A stretch of 64,000 nt of DNA from Callorhinchus milii (taxonomy: Eukaryota), in assembly GCF_018977255.1 (NCBI RefSeq), contig NW_024704743.1, forward strand, positions 16,990,001 to 17,054,000, read 5' to 3'. The notes beneath the pieces are model-generated. The model searched no databases. It saw only the letters and a program-made list of their open reading frames with translations, and had not been told where the DNA came from. Below are positions 1 to 12,753 of this stretch, in pieces (the stretch's first letter is position 1; every line of letters starts with the position of its first letter). Made by a program: the position numbers and the translations under genes.

Positions 1-357
1 CTGACAGCTTCAGTTTGCTCTTGTAATTCCAGTGAAGCCTGGAAGGACTTTCAACTAAGTTGCCTCCATCCATCTTTCTGAAGTAGTTTTGAGTAACTTT
101 TGTTTGAAATGAAGTTAGTGTGAATTAAATGTCGCTGCAGTAAAACAGCTTTCAAATTAAGGGAGAATTGAATACTGCAATTGAAAATGCTGCACGATCT
201 TAAATGTTAATGACAATGGTCTTAAGGCTAAGCCTGTGAAGAATTTTGAGGCTCTGGTGTTGATTTGAAGGATTGAATGCTGGTCATTTTTTTGTATGAT
301 TGATTCGTTTTGTATTTTTATTTTACAACAAAGCTTTTATTCTGTTTTCTCTGGTAG

Positions 358-555
358 TTGCACCTGGTTGCATTGAATACACCTCTCTCTGGTAACATGC
401 AAGGCATCCGTGGAGCTGATTTTCATTGCTTCCAGCAAGCTCGAGCAATGGGCTCAATGGCAACTTATCGGGCTTTCTTATCCTCTCATCTACAAGACCT
501 GTACACCATTGTGAGGAAGGCTGACAGAGTAAAGATGCCAATTGTCAACCTAAAG
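358..555 (+). CDS. COL15A1: Collagen XV alpha-1, third-to-last coding exon (endostatin/restin NC1 domain)
   Basis: ttttctctggtag| acceptor and |gtaaag donor. Translates [66 protein letters not shown], an endostatin domain with the collagen XV-type motifs [13 protein letters not shown] and IVRKA. Neighbour of TGFBR1 as in other vertebrates. Confidence 0.92.
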
Positions 556-1117
556 GTAAAGGGTTTTGGACGTCAGCTTTCACTGAATCCAGAGGCTAGA
601 AAATGAAAAAAGTGAAATTACAAAGGCTTTTTACAATCAATTACTAAGTTCTCGACGCTTGGTTTCTATGTAAAGAAACGTCACAAATTTACCCCCATAT
701 TTCAGATCAATATTCATTAGCTGTTTTGGATATAGGAACTGGGAGCCTGAGACAATGGGGTCTTTATTAGAGATACCTGATTAAGGACAGATGATGTGTT
801 CGCAGTGGAGTTTCTATGTGCGATAGATTTCCAATTCCAAGGAGTTCCCACTCAGATTCCATGAAAGGGGAAATCCATTTGAAATTGATGCATTTTAAAC
901 CCCAATGAAAAAACTGTGTGTTTGTGTATTGGTGGGGTGGGAGGAGGGAGAGGTGGGTGACAACACACTTTGTCTTTCGTGTGTGTGTGAGTTTAGAACT
1001 GTATAAGTGTAAGTACATGCATTTTGCCCATTTATACCTCAATCAGTCTGTTAGCTCCTCGAACGTTAGCCCAAAATATCTCCACCGTTTTTCACTTTTA
1101 CACATTATTTTCAAAAG

Positions 1118-1230
1118 GGGGAAGTGCTCTTCGCCAACTGGGAGGCCATATTTAAAAGCCGTGCCGCGTTCGACACAAACATTCCTATTTATTCCTTCGA
1201 TGGTAGAAATATCATGAAAGATCCATCCTG
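1118..1230 (+). CDS. COL15A1: Collagen XV alpha-1, penultimate coding exon
   Basis: ttttcaaaag| acceptor and |gtaagt donor. Reads GEVLFANWEAIFKSRAAFDTNIPIYSFDGRNIMKDPS(W), in frame with the previous exon. IPIYSFDGR..M.DPSW is collagen XV-like. Confidence 0.92.
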
Positions 1231-1239
1231 GTAAGTCTT

Positions 1240-1512
1240 TATGCCTCTGCTCGACTGGCTCAGGCCTTTTGCATGTCCCTCGTGACCTTCGTTCCACCAT
1301 TGGTGGCCACTACGCCCCGAAACTCTGGAACACTCTTCCTCTATCTCTCCATCTTGCACCTTCCTTCCCCATTTTCAGGTTGCACCTATTCGAACGTACC
1401 TACGATCACCCCTCACCCCCTGGCTCGGAGTCGTGCACCACCACGGTCACGCACTCTGGAATGCTACCCAGTGTGAGAGGAGCTATATAAATGTAAGATG
1501 TTGTTGTTGTCT
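1240..1512 (+). mobile_element. L2 3'-end fragment filling most of the last COL15A1 intron
   Basis: APKLWNTLP motif. Ends gctatataaatgtaagatgttgttgttgt. Confidence 0.75.
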
Positions 1513-1569
1513 TCTCGAACCTCTCCATTGTTATAAACTAAAAGAAATATCCAACACCAATTTTTCCAG

Positions 1570-1789
1570 GCCTCACAAAATAATATGGCATGGGTCAAAC
1601 GAAAACGGAGCCGGTGTCCCAACGAACTACTGTCAAGCTTGGCGGAGAGCAGACATGGTGATTACCGGGAAGGCCTCACCACTGTCAAGTGGGAAACTAC
1701 TGGTTCAGCATCTGTACAACTGTGCCAATAACTTTGTTGTTCTGTGCATTGAAAACAGTTACATGCATGACCAGAGGAGGAGAAAATAA
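1570..1789 (+). CDS. COL15A1: Collagen XV alpha-1, last coding exon with stop codon
   Basis: tttttccag| acceptor in phase 2. Reads (W)PHKIIWHGSNENG...NYCQAWRRAD...ASPLSSGKLL...CANNFVVLCIENSYMHDQRRRK*, TAA at 1787-1789. Confidence 0.92.
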
Positions 1790-2896
1790 GTCAACAGCTA
1801 GATGTGAACGATTTGGGTTATATCAAGTCTACAATTTCATCAGAAAATCAGAAAATGGATAATACACTGTTATTTTCTATAAATATGTGAATGCCTGGAT
1901 GATGTAAATATTGCTTTCTGATGAGATTGTAAGTTTACAGAAAGTTACATGGAAATAGAAGCCAAAGATGACATACCTCAAACTCTGCATTGGCCGATTT
2001 CAAACGTAAGCCTGATTTGTACTAATAAAGACTCCAGTTTTGCACAGTTTCCCCAACCACCTTCATTGATGCTTCGGTGCTAATAAATCAATCATGGGGT
2101 TGCTGTTAAAAATGACTATTTATCAGAGCGTTTTACTCAACTTCTACAAAGCCAAGTTGAGCTCATACAGTCATGCACATGCACTGCAAAAATACTTCAG
2201 TGTTAATACTCACTCATCTTTCATCCCAGCCTCAATCATGAAGGAACTTTGTGCAAACACTGCGAAAAATACAAGCTGTAGGTTTGTTGTAAATGTGCTG
2301 TCATTTACTGGGCTGTGTTCAGTGTGCAAATGCTTTATGATTGGTTCTAATGTACATTGTAAAACTAATCATTGATTCTTACTACTAAACTGTATAATGG
2401 TACCTTATAAAGTATTTTAATGCACATATAGGTGTTTTTAACAATGCTGTTTTCCACATTAACTGGGACTTTTCTTTAACATCTTCAAATGTTTCTGAAA
2501 GCAGTATTAAGCAAAAGTACCTACATTGTATTTATTGCTTCTACACTTCTGTATTGTATTCTTGAGTTTAACCTATTTTTACAATGCAGTTATACTACTA
2601 CAAATCAATAAGCTTAACCATTTTCCCTTACAGTATTTTGTAGAAGAAAAAAGGGGCAGTAGACTATAGAACAGTAAAATTATTTCACAGTGAATTTATA
2701 TCCGATTAGTATAAATTTTAGAAAAGGCATTTTTCTTTTCCAGCATAATCATTTTACCACGCAGATTATAGTACATTCCATAGGCTCCACTATCACACTA
2801 GAAAAATAATTTTTTGCATAAATCAGCAACCTTTTTAATATATGAGACAAACGTCTGAATCAGATTGTTTTGAAATGAAGGATGTTTCACACTCTG

Positions 2897-2902
2897 AATA
2901 AA
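2897..2902 (+). terminator. Candidate COL15A1 polyadenylation signal (AATAAA)
   Basis: AATAAA followed by a T/GT-rich stretch, at the end of the repeat-free AT-rich region after the stop. Alternative AATAAA hexamers at 2024-2029 and 2082-2087. Confidence 0.5.
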
Positions 2903-3737
2903 CATAATACTTTTTTTTACAGATTTTTTTTCTCTGTGTCTCATTTTGAAATTCAGCATTCATCAATTCACATTTAAATAGGATCACTTTATATTATTAA
3001 CAATAATTATAATAATCATTACATTTGGTATGGTGTCAGAGCTTCTTATAATAATAATCCTTGCATGTGATATAGCACCTGATCATGTCTTCAAGACATC
3101 TTAAAGTGCTTCACAGAATATACTGTAAAGAACAAATTACATCTCTATACGCCTTTCATAAGATGCTGAAAAGTCCTTTTCAGTAAAGTGAATTGACTGT
3201 ATACTTTGTGGGCGAAAATGAATTGTTGAAATGAGTTTGCGAATTGACTTCAATGTTACTAACGTCAGAGGTTTTATATGAATATTGTTATTGCCAAACG
3301 GAAAGATTTGACCTTGAATTTCACATTCACCCTGTGCTGTGCTTTTGTCAGGCCGCGCTTGACGTACTGTGTACAGTTCTGATCACTGTAACATAAGGAA
3401 ACCATCCAGGCTTGAAAGGCAATGCAGAGAGCAATGAGAATGATCTGCAGTGTGTGCTATGAGGAACAGCTAGATAATCCAGGACATTTCAGCCTTGAAA
3501 ACAGACACAAAGAGCATTATCTTGTTCCTTTAAATCTTTCTCAACATGCAACATCACACTCTTAAACAACCCGCTCTACTGAGAAACATTTGCTGCCTTT
3601 AAAGTGTCAGCCTGATTGACCTGTAGCACTCTTGCCTCTGAGTAATGATGATGACCTTATTAGATTCCACCTTTTATTTTTTTTGTCTCTCCAACGACTG
3701 AAGCCTTTGTCTCTTCCGCTCCAGATATTTTTGCTAT

Positions 3738-4150
3738 GTGTCAGCCTGGCTCAGTTGATAGTAATCTCACCTCCGAATCATAAGGTTGTGGGCTCCAACC
3801 CTACCTCGAGACAAGAACTCACATAGTCTAAGATGACACTCCAATGCAGTGCTGGGGGTATGTTGCATTGTAGTGGTGCCATCCTTCAGTTGAGGCATTA
3901 AAACCAAGATCCTGTCTGCCTGTTCAGATGGACGTTAATGATCCCTTGGCACTATCTGAAAAGAGAAGGGTCTTCTGGTATCCTGGTCAAGAATTTCCCA
4001 AATAAAATTGGTCACTCACTTCACGGCTGTTTGCAGCACATTGCTGTGAACAAAATTGACTTCTGCATTTGCCTACAAAATAGAAAGTCACTACACTTCA
4101 CAGTATATCATGTGAAGCAGTTTGAGATATTCTCCTGACATAAAAGATAC
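3738..4150 (+). mobile_element. DeuSINE (SacSINE1-like)
   Basis: tRNA-like head (cctggctcagttg...ggttgtgggctc) and Deu-domain-like gtctgcctgttcagatggacgttaatgatcccttggcactat...ggtatcctggtcaa, plus the shared L2-type tail. Confidence 0.7.
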
Positions 4151-4804
4151 TGTACTGTCATGGCCAGAGAGCCTCTGTAATTTTAAATAAAATCTCATTG
4201 TTTGCCCATAGTGTGTGATGGACGAGCTAGACATTTAGGCCTTTACTAAAATCGTTCAGCCAATGCCTGCAGATATCTCGCACCAGTACAGTTTTGCATT
4301 GTTCAGTGGCATCCCCAAAGTGCAAAAGTATTCACTGATGCATGCTACAGTAGTTAGCAACCAACTTTGTTCAACTTGCAGCATTGAGATTTGACAGAAA
4401 ATGAACTTACTGAATGCAGGATGAAAACAAATGTGACACATTAAGGCACAAACTAAACCTTTCAGCGCTTACGCAACCTTGGTAGGTAAAATAAGCATTT
4501 AAGCAAAATTGGTTGCTACAATGCCCTTTGAGCCAGGTAGTCAAACTCAGCCACTATCCTGCAGGTCAGTACCATTTATAGCACTGAGTCTGCAAACTGC
4601 ATATACGTAACCACTTCTATGGCAACAATTTGGCCAGTTATTCAATTTGCCCTATTATTGATTTTAATCCCCCACTCGTTTAGACCAATAATTCATTACA
4701 GATTTGTGTTTCAAAAGAACTTTACATAATTGGTACTCCCAATACAGTGCTGTGTGTGTGTGGGTGGGGGGCGCGTGGGGGCAGGGGCGGGGGCGTTCGC
4801 ATTG

Positions 4805-5110
4805 TTCTTTGGTTGAGACTTTAAACTGAGGTTCCGTCTGCCTATTCAGGGGGATATTAAAGATCCCATGGCATTATTCAAAAAGAGAAGGGAGTTTCTC
4901 CCGGTGTCCTTGCCAACAATCCCCCAAATAAAATTGGTCACTCACTCCCTGGTTGTTTGTGGGGCATTGCTGTGCACAAACTGGCTGCAGGGTTTCCCAC
5001 ACAAAATGCACACTCAATCTACTTTGCATATATATATCTTGTGAAGAGCTTTGAGATGTCTCGACGATGTGACAAGGCGCCATCTCAAATGCAAGGATTA
5101 TTATTATTAG
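4805..5110 (+). mobile_element. 5'-truncated DeuSINE
   Basis: aaagatcccatggcattattcaaaaagagaagggagtttctcccggtgtccttgccaac Deu core and (ATT)n tail. Confidence 0.72.
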
Positions 5111-8039
5111 AAGTTTTGTTTAAACTGATACCATTGAAAGAGCAATGGCAAGATTCTCTGACAATCTGTAGATAGCCCTAGGTAAGCAGAATAGAATTTA
5201 GTAGCAAAGAAAATTTACACACACGTTTACACACACATGATGAATGTGATCCCTGAAAATCACTCCACTGTAAAAGCCCTGCAGGCCAGCTAAGGGGACA
5301 TTAAAGAACCTCTGTTATCACTTTGTAACACTGTGGGATTGATTCAGTAGGTCAACAAATAACACACAGATGTGCATTGATACAGCTCAGAGAATCTCAG
5401 TGTTTAACTGGTAATATCCATTATTTCAGACTCCTTGCTACCCTGCACTGCTCTAAACTGACTGGACTTTTATAGACATTAAATAATCTGAATGGAGACT
5501 TTCCCTCAAATCAAGTCATGTGTAAACATATAAGCAATGTACTTTTTTTTGGTCAGCTGGGTGTCTTGACACATGGAGAAACCCATCATCATGCTTAAGA
5601 GTATCCAAATCCCAGATTGAGTTCCAGCTATGCCACCTATGCAGTATCCATTGAAATTTCCCTGTATCTTGAATAAAATGTGCAGTCACTCCCTAAAGGG
5701 ACACACCACACTTGCCCAATCTCAGAGAGTATTGGGAGCAGGTTAGCAACAACCAAGGCTTAGGCATCCCAGAAGGTGTGTTGTGGTACTTCGTGAGCAC
5801 TGCCTGACAAGCATCCCACTACTTTTTAACAAAGACTATCCTACCCATTGTGGATTTGGCAGAGTTACCAGGAGCTGAGTGGAAAGGATCCTTTGCCCCA
5901 GTTCCACTTCACATCCTGCCAATGAACTGGGCTGTCATCAACAGTGCCCTGGAATATTATGGACCTGCCTGGCTCAGGATCGAGACTCCTGAGACTACCA
6001 TAGAGGACTGACTCGATTCCAACATTACATTAGCAAGCAAGACACTTTGGAGCCAATTCAGCTCCAAGGAGGACCCTCTTACCTTTCCCTAAGGAGGGTT
6101 GTTCTTAGTTGGTCATTTGACATTGGCAAGTGCAGGTTTGGATAGTGGGTGCCAGGAAAACACGTCAACACCTATCTTTACTCGTGCAACCAGTTCCAAA
6201 CCTGATCATCTTGGGCTATACTGAACTAAAAAACTGAGATGAGATTGTAATTAATCAGAACCACTATTATACCCACTGAAATAAAGACCAGACGGAAACA
6301 CAGTTCACATCTGTCTTCTTTCTCTGTATTTTAGGTGGTAACTTCAGGCCTGGTAAGCAACAACAACAACAACAACAACAAGCTTACATTTGTATAGCGC
6401 CTTTCATGTCGGAAGGACGTCCCAAAGCACTGGTCAGTGTACAGCATTTCAGACCTGAGCTGGGGTCAGGGGGGGAGAATAATAATAATAATCCTTACAT
6501 TTGATATAGCGCTTTTCACGTCTTCTAGAAGGGAGGGGTGGGGAAGGGGGGTAACCGATGGCAATCAATCCTCTGAATAAATTGTTCAATCACTTCATGG
6601 CTGTTTGCTGTGAGCAAACTGGCAGCTGCATTTCCCCACAAATTACACAGTCACTAAACTCAACTCCACTTAACAGAGAAACACTTTGAGACATTCAGTG
6701 TTGTAAGCACTACATCAAGTGCAAGCATTATTATTACTCAGCTGCAGCTGGCTCTTGACAATAGTAACCTATTATCCTAGAGGATGTAAGTCAAGATGAC
6801 TGAGATACGTCAACCACACCACATTCTTCATAAAACTTAGGAGAATTCAGAACTAAAAAACGTCCACTGGAATAGATAATACTAATAATAATCCTTGCAT
6901 TTGATACAGCGTCTTATCACGTCTTCAAAATTTCTCAAAGCGTTTCACAGAATATTTACTGTAAAGTGAATTGTCACGGATACAGCAGCTAATTTTCTCC
7001 AGTGCCAAACCCACAAATATAATACAAAGATAATCCCTCCAAAAACAATAATAAATTGGTCATTTTCAATCCACGACTGTTTGTGGGATACTACTGTGTG
7101 CAATTGGCTGCCGCGTTTCGCCCACAAATATACAGTCAATTCACTTTATAGTCTATTCTGTGAAGCACTTTGAGACGTCGAGAAGATATGAAAAGCGCTA
7201 TACCAAATGCAAGGATTATTATTATATTATAAACAAAATGAAACCACTGAATTTATATGCAAAAGACTTTAAAAATAGTCGTTTCTCCCACAAAAATATA
7301 CCGTCAATTCATTTTGCAGTATATTCTGCGAAGCGCTTTGAGGTGTCTCGAAGACTTGATAAGGCATTATATCAGATTCAAGGATTATTAGTATTATTAT
7401 AACCAAAAGCTAGATTACATTAAGCTGTCCACCAATGCATAAATTTGAGCTCCACATAACTGGTGATAGATATAAGTCTCTTGTAAAATTACAGTTACTT
7501 GCTCCCAAGAACTTGGAATTCGTCATAATCATAGAGTCTTACAGCACATTAGGAGGCCCAGCACATCTGTTAGCCCCATCCAGCTGTTAGCCTCACTCTC
7601 CTTTCATATTTTTCCTTTTCAAATATATCTCATTCCCTTTTAAGTGCAGTTGTGGATTCTTCATTAACTACTGTTTTTGGTACATCCTCAATGAAAAATA
7701 AAAGCGCTTTGTTCCTTTAATAATGATCTTAAATGTTTGGTCTCTGGGTAAGGTGGTCATATTTCGTGAACTAAATCCAGGGATACATATAAAAAAAATT
7801 GAACTCACCACAATTCCTGATGCTGGCAGTACTGGAGAAGCTTGTTGGATTAATGGCTGTATTTCTCTGATGAGTGTTTTAGAATGTTATTGTTCTTGCT
7901 TAGTTTGTGGATGAACTCAAGACGGGGCAAATTTGGCCACGGACACAATACCTCATCCGGAGACTGTCCCTGGAAATCAGGGACATATGGTCACCCTAGT
8001 TAATGACTCACCAACAAATGGAAATATTTTTTCCTTCAT

Positions 8040-8312
8040 CACCTTATCACCTTTTTATAATTTCAAGCATCTTTACAAGGTCTCCTCCCAACCTTCTTTG
8101 ATAAAAATGGCCCCAGTTTCACTAGACTCTCCTCAAAGGTAAAGACTCTGACCCTCAGTATCACCCTAATGAATCTCCTCTCTATGGCCTTAATATCCTT
8201 CATGAAGCGGAGCAACCAGAACTGGACACAATACCTCAACTGTGCTCCAATCAATATATATATATACACAACATGCCCTTGATCAATACACTCAGTTATT
8301 TCATCAAAGAAC
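8040..8312 (-). mobile_element. Degraded CR1 RT fragment
   Basis: FFDEITECIDQG, QLRYCVQFW...KDIKAIER remnants. Confidence 0.7.
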
Positions 8313-8564
8313 ACTATTCAATTTGTCAAGCAAGTCTTTATATTGCTTCTTTCAGGTTTCTGTGACTCACCATTTCTCTGGTGTCATGTGGTTTCTCCCT
8401 GAGTGCAAGTCTTAGACTGAGGTTGAACTTATACAGCAAACATCTTGAAAGGAAATGTCTGTCGTAATTTTTTTCCTGCTGGTCAATTTCTGGAATAGTT
8501 TTTTTTAAATAAACCTTGCGTTTGGTATAGCACCTACCTACATCGTCAAAACATCTCAAATCCT

Positions 8565-8880
8565 CGAGTTCTGTAGCATATTTGTTAGACCACTCGCCTC
8601 GCAAATGAGAGGACCCAGGTTTGATTCCCAGGCTGGGGGAAACCTTAAGCAAGTTTCCTTACTCCACACGCCTCTGTTTATCTAACAGTAAGTAAGAACC
8701 CAGTTGTAGGTTGGTTGGAAGATCGCTTTCTGGGAGTAATAATCCCCTCAATTCGCTGCCGGGTTTCACCGATAAAATATACATAAAGTCGATTAATCTT
8801 AGAGTATATTCTGTGAAGCATGTTGAGATGTCTCAACAACGTGATTAGATGCTATATCAAATGCAAGTATTATTGTAGTT
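8565..8880 (+). mobile_element. tRNA-derived CORE-like SINE
   Basis: Head with B box gtttgattcc, aaccttaagcaagtttccttactccacacg core and shared tail. Confidence 0.72.
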
Positions 8881-10389
8881 GTTATAGATCGCTTCACAGA
8901 TAATTGCTGTAAAGTGAAGTGGCTGGGTATTTGCAGTCAGCTATTACAGGGTCTCAGGGCAATTGACAACCTGGTTGGTTGTATAGAAACTGATCAGAGC
9001 TGAAGCTTTTCCGGTCCAACACCAGCTGGGACAAACTCTCCTGGAAACTCTTTGCTGTCAGCTGCGTGGAAGGCAGCACCAAGCTGACAAGCAATCTTAG
9101 TCTCAAATTTCATTTAATGAGCTGACCTGACCACACTTACCCTAAAGCTGAAGTAAATGCTCCAGCTGGAATATTCTGTTTGTTCTTGTTCTCAATCATC
9201 TTTCTCACTTTGGCCTTTAAAGATAGGGATCTGCTGATCTTCAGTACATAGGTGAATAATATCTCACAGCCATGGATAGCCAATAGTCACCTGAAGATAT
9301 GTATTAAAGGGTATGAAGTAGAACTATAACAATATACACTTAAACTGTAGAAATAGTTAAGGACTTCTCCAAATACATTACCATCCTCCATACACCATAA
9401 GATTAGGTAAATTCTGATCTGGAGGGTCACTAACCTTTGAAGATATTTCTGCATCACTGGGGCCACCCCAGGGGCTGACCCATAACCTCACAAACTAAGT
9501 CAGAGCAGTGAACCACACTTGGTGAGCTCTGTTCCACTCCTCCAGTCACTGACTCAGGAGCAAGGCTTCAGTCACTTGGCTCTGTGGGCTATTGTACATA
9601 GCGGAGCCTCAGGGAAACACACTCTATATGTGTATCTAATTGAATTGCTGGGAGCTCAACTTGCTTCAAACAGCAGAAGTGTCCATAAAACCATAGAAAT
9701 GTACAGCACAGAAGAAGGCCATTCAGCCCAAATGGTCCGTGCTGGCTTTTAAAAGAACAATAATTTCAGTCGTATTTACCTGTCCTTCCCCTCACCCTAC
9801 ATTACTCCTGTTTAGATATCTATGTAGTGTCCTTTTGAAAGCTAATATGGATTATGCCTTAACCACTGCTCCCGCCAGGACATTCCATATCCTAAATACC
9901 CTGCGTGAAAAAATGTCTCCTGCCCTTTGATTGTTTGCTAAGTAGTTTAAATCATTGACAGTTATGCCATTTATGTAGGTTCCACAGGGCCTCAGCACCT
10001 GCAGTTCCAGCTCCAATCCATTCTGTGACTTGGTACTGCTTAGTTGACTCTGTAAGCAAATAATCCTTCACCCACCAGAGGAAATTAGATAAGTTGTAAG
10101 CTTTAAAATTCAGAGAAGGAAGAATGGAAACTCTAGAAGTGCTTGATAAGGCAAGATCCAGGATAGAATATTTAGCAAATGTTTAATTGATCCAGACTGC
10201 AGCCTAGTAAACCCTGTTGATGTAAATTTTGTTCTAAGATGGCTGAAGGGATTCTTCCCACTCAGCTCCTGTTAACCCTCCAAGCTAGAACAAGCAATAG
10301 AGGTCCCAGCTGGACAAGCAGCAGGTAGCTTGTCAGACACTGTGCTCAATGGTAAGCTACATGGTTTTAGCATGTTAAACTCCAAAGTA

Positions 10390-10638
10390 TTTAACAAAAG
10401 GCAAAATACTTCAGATGCTGGAAATCTGAAATAAAAACAGAAATCGCTGGGAACACTCAGCAGATCAGGCAGCATCTACGGAGTGAGGAAAGTGAGTTAA
10501 AGTTTCAGGTCAATGACCTCTCATCTGCCGAAAGGTCATCAACCTGAAACGTTAACTTACTTCCTTCTCTCCATAGATGCTGCCTGATCTACTGAGTGTT
10601 CCCAGCGACTTCTGTTTTTATTCCAGGTGTATCTGAAT
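10390..10638. mobile_element. Palindromic element made of two inverted Penelope-like 3' termini
   Basis: Arms of ~95 bp (about 10428-10520 and 10532-10624) are reverse complements and match the terminus at 57870-58003. Confidence 0.7.
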
Positions 10639-11284
10639 GTACACTCTGGGGTCCCGCAGCCTTGACTGTTGCCAACAGCCATGTAATACTCTCTGGAATC
10701 AGAGAAGCGGAGTACATCCCTCCAGGGAGAGGGATTTCATTCCAGACACACTGAAATTTCCATGTACCAGTGGTATAGATGTCTCTGGTTTGGATGCTTG
10801 TAAGCACGATCAGACACCAGGCTGACCAAAAAATACTAAAAAAAATTAGTGTATGAAATTTTCATAACTGATCCATGAGTGATTTACCTTCTTGATTATC
10901 AGTGAAGGATTCCTTCAGTTCTCCACTATTTGGAGGCTGTATTGCCTTGGGTCTTGCACGAAAAAAGCCACAAGACATTTTTGAGAGAATGCCAAACATG
11001 ACAGTATGGGGGCAAGAGAAGCCATGTGAAGAGACAAAGTAGGAAGCAAAATTGTGATGTGAGCCGAGTCAGGAAACCAAAATATTCACTAACTGACTAA
11101 AGCTAATAATTGGGCCATCAGGATGGCTTCTGCAATACCAGATTCAGACCCTGGGATGAAATCATCAGAAGTGCTGGAACCAGCACTTCTGCGAACTCCT
11201 CGCATTAAAGTATTGGAAGATGTGACACAATTATCCTGCAACATTCTCCCTGCTCTTGATAGACGAGCAGGATGATAGGGGGGT

Positions 11285-11780
11285 TAGGAGATCGCAGTAG
11301 TAAAGGGGAGCAAGACCGTAGAGGGCTTTGAAGGTGAGGACCAGGATTTTGAACTGTATCCTCTGCATGATGGGAAGCCAGTGGAGTTGGGCAAGGATGG
11401 GGGTGATAGGCTCGCGGAGCCAAGTGCGGGAGAGGACACGGGCTGCAGAGTTCTGGATGATCTACAGCCTGTGGAGGGAGGAGTTGGGGAGGCCGACAAG
11501 CAATGAGTGTGCAGTCAAATCTCGATGTAATGAACGTATGGAGGGTTTTGGCGGCCTGCGGTGAGGGTAGTGTTCCAGTTTCGGGGCATAGTGGCTGAAA
11601 GCACAACCTCCAATAACGGAGCAGAGGATGCGAGGGAGAAGCTGGAGGCCGGTGTCAGCGAGCGGAGGAGCAGGGTGGTGAACTGGGGAGTGAGGAGGTT
11701 GGAGAGGTAGGGAGATGCCAGGGAGTAAATGGATTTGAACACAAATGTGAGGTTTTTGAGTTTGTGGGACATTGCTGTGC
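11285..11780 (-). mobile_element. Rearranged L2 fragments
   Basis: HTFITSRFDC and APKLE/PRNWN remnants, similar to the 49683-51330 element. Confidence 0.75.
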
Positions 11781-12747
11781 GCAATTGTGTTACTACACAA
11801 TTGTGTTACTGCACTTTCCAGAATTAGTCACTCCATGTCACAGTAATTCCTGTGAAGCACTTTGAAACATCCTGACTGTTAAGGCTCTATGCCAAATGCA
11901 AGAATTATTACTAAAATATTTTTGAAAGCTATAGTTGTATTATTTCAGATTTTTGTTAAGTTTGGTCAGCTTTAAACATGTTCCTCTAACATGCGAGTCC
12001 CAACGTTTGATTATCAAGCACTCCGGGCCACTACCTCACGTGAAGGGTGCTATGTAAATGCAAGTTGTTGTTATCTAATCGTGTCCTGAAAGAATGAGAC
12101 AGCTCCGATATGCTACCCCACATGAAGGGCGCAACATGAAGGCAAGTTGTTGTAGTATGGTCTGGTACATAACACAAGAACCCTGAATGTCAAAATGTCC
12201 CATTAAAAAAATTCAATGACAGACCCAAGCTAAACGTGCAGACAGAGCAGATGGTAAAATGTCTCACCACCTGAGCAAAATGACTGAATACATAAGAAAT
12301 CTATCAGAAACAAATTCCTTAAATTCCACTAGGGTGGTCTTAGTAGAAGTAAAAGAGAATGAAGAAGAAATGGGAAGGATTGAGGAGGGTGCACTGAAAG
12401 AGTGAAAGCCCAAGGACTTTCAGGAGATGCAATTACAAATCGCATTGTAAATGGCTCATTTACTGAGAGTGTTCTGTACTGGATATGAAATTATGATAAT
12501 GGTGTGTAGATTTGGAAACAGTGCTCAAAAATAATTTTAAGGATTTTTGTGAAGGATTTTCCAAGTTGGATTTTCCTAGGCTGGAGGTAGTGTATTATTC
12601 AAAAGACTTTGGTTTGAAACATTTACTGATTTTTTTAGAACGTATATATTAGGAACTGTAAAATCAAGCACTTTGCTTTTGGAGAAAGTGAGAAAAGGAT
12701 AACTCATGCATTCAGAATTCACCCATTAATATGAAGATGAACACCAC

Positions 12748-12753
12748 TTTATT
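12748..12753 (-). terminator. Candidate TGFBR1 polyadenylation signal
   Basis: tttatt on + strand (AATAAA on -) at the distal edge of the repeat-free region. Confidence 0.45.

Noticed and set aside
358..1789. Assignment to COL18A1
   Set aside because: Most diagnostic residues ([37 protein letters not shown]) and adjacency to TGFBR1 favour COL15A1.
6358..6380. (CAA)n and (ATT)n runs as independent microsatellites (also ~60983-61006)
   Set aside because: They are the simple-repeat 3' tails of L2 or SINE fragments.
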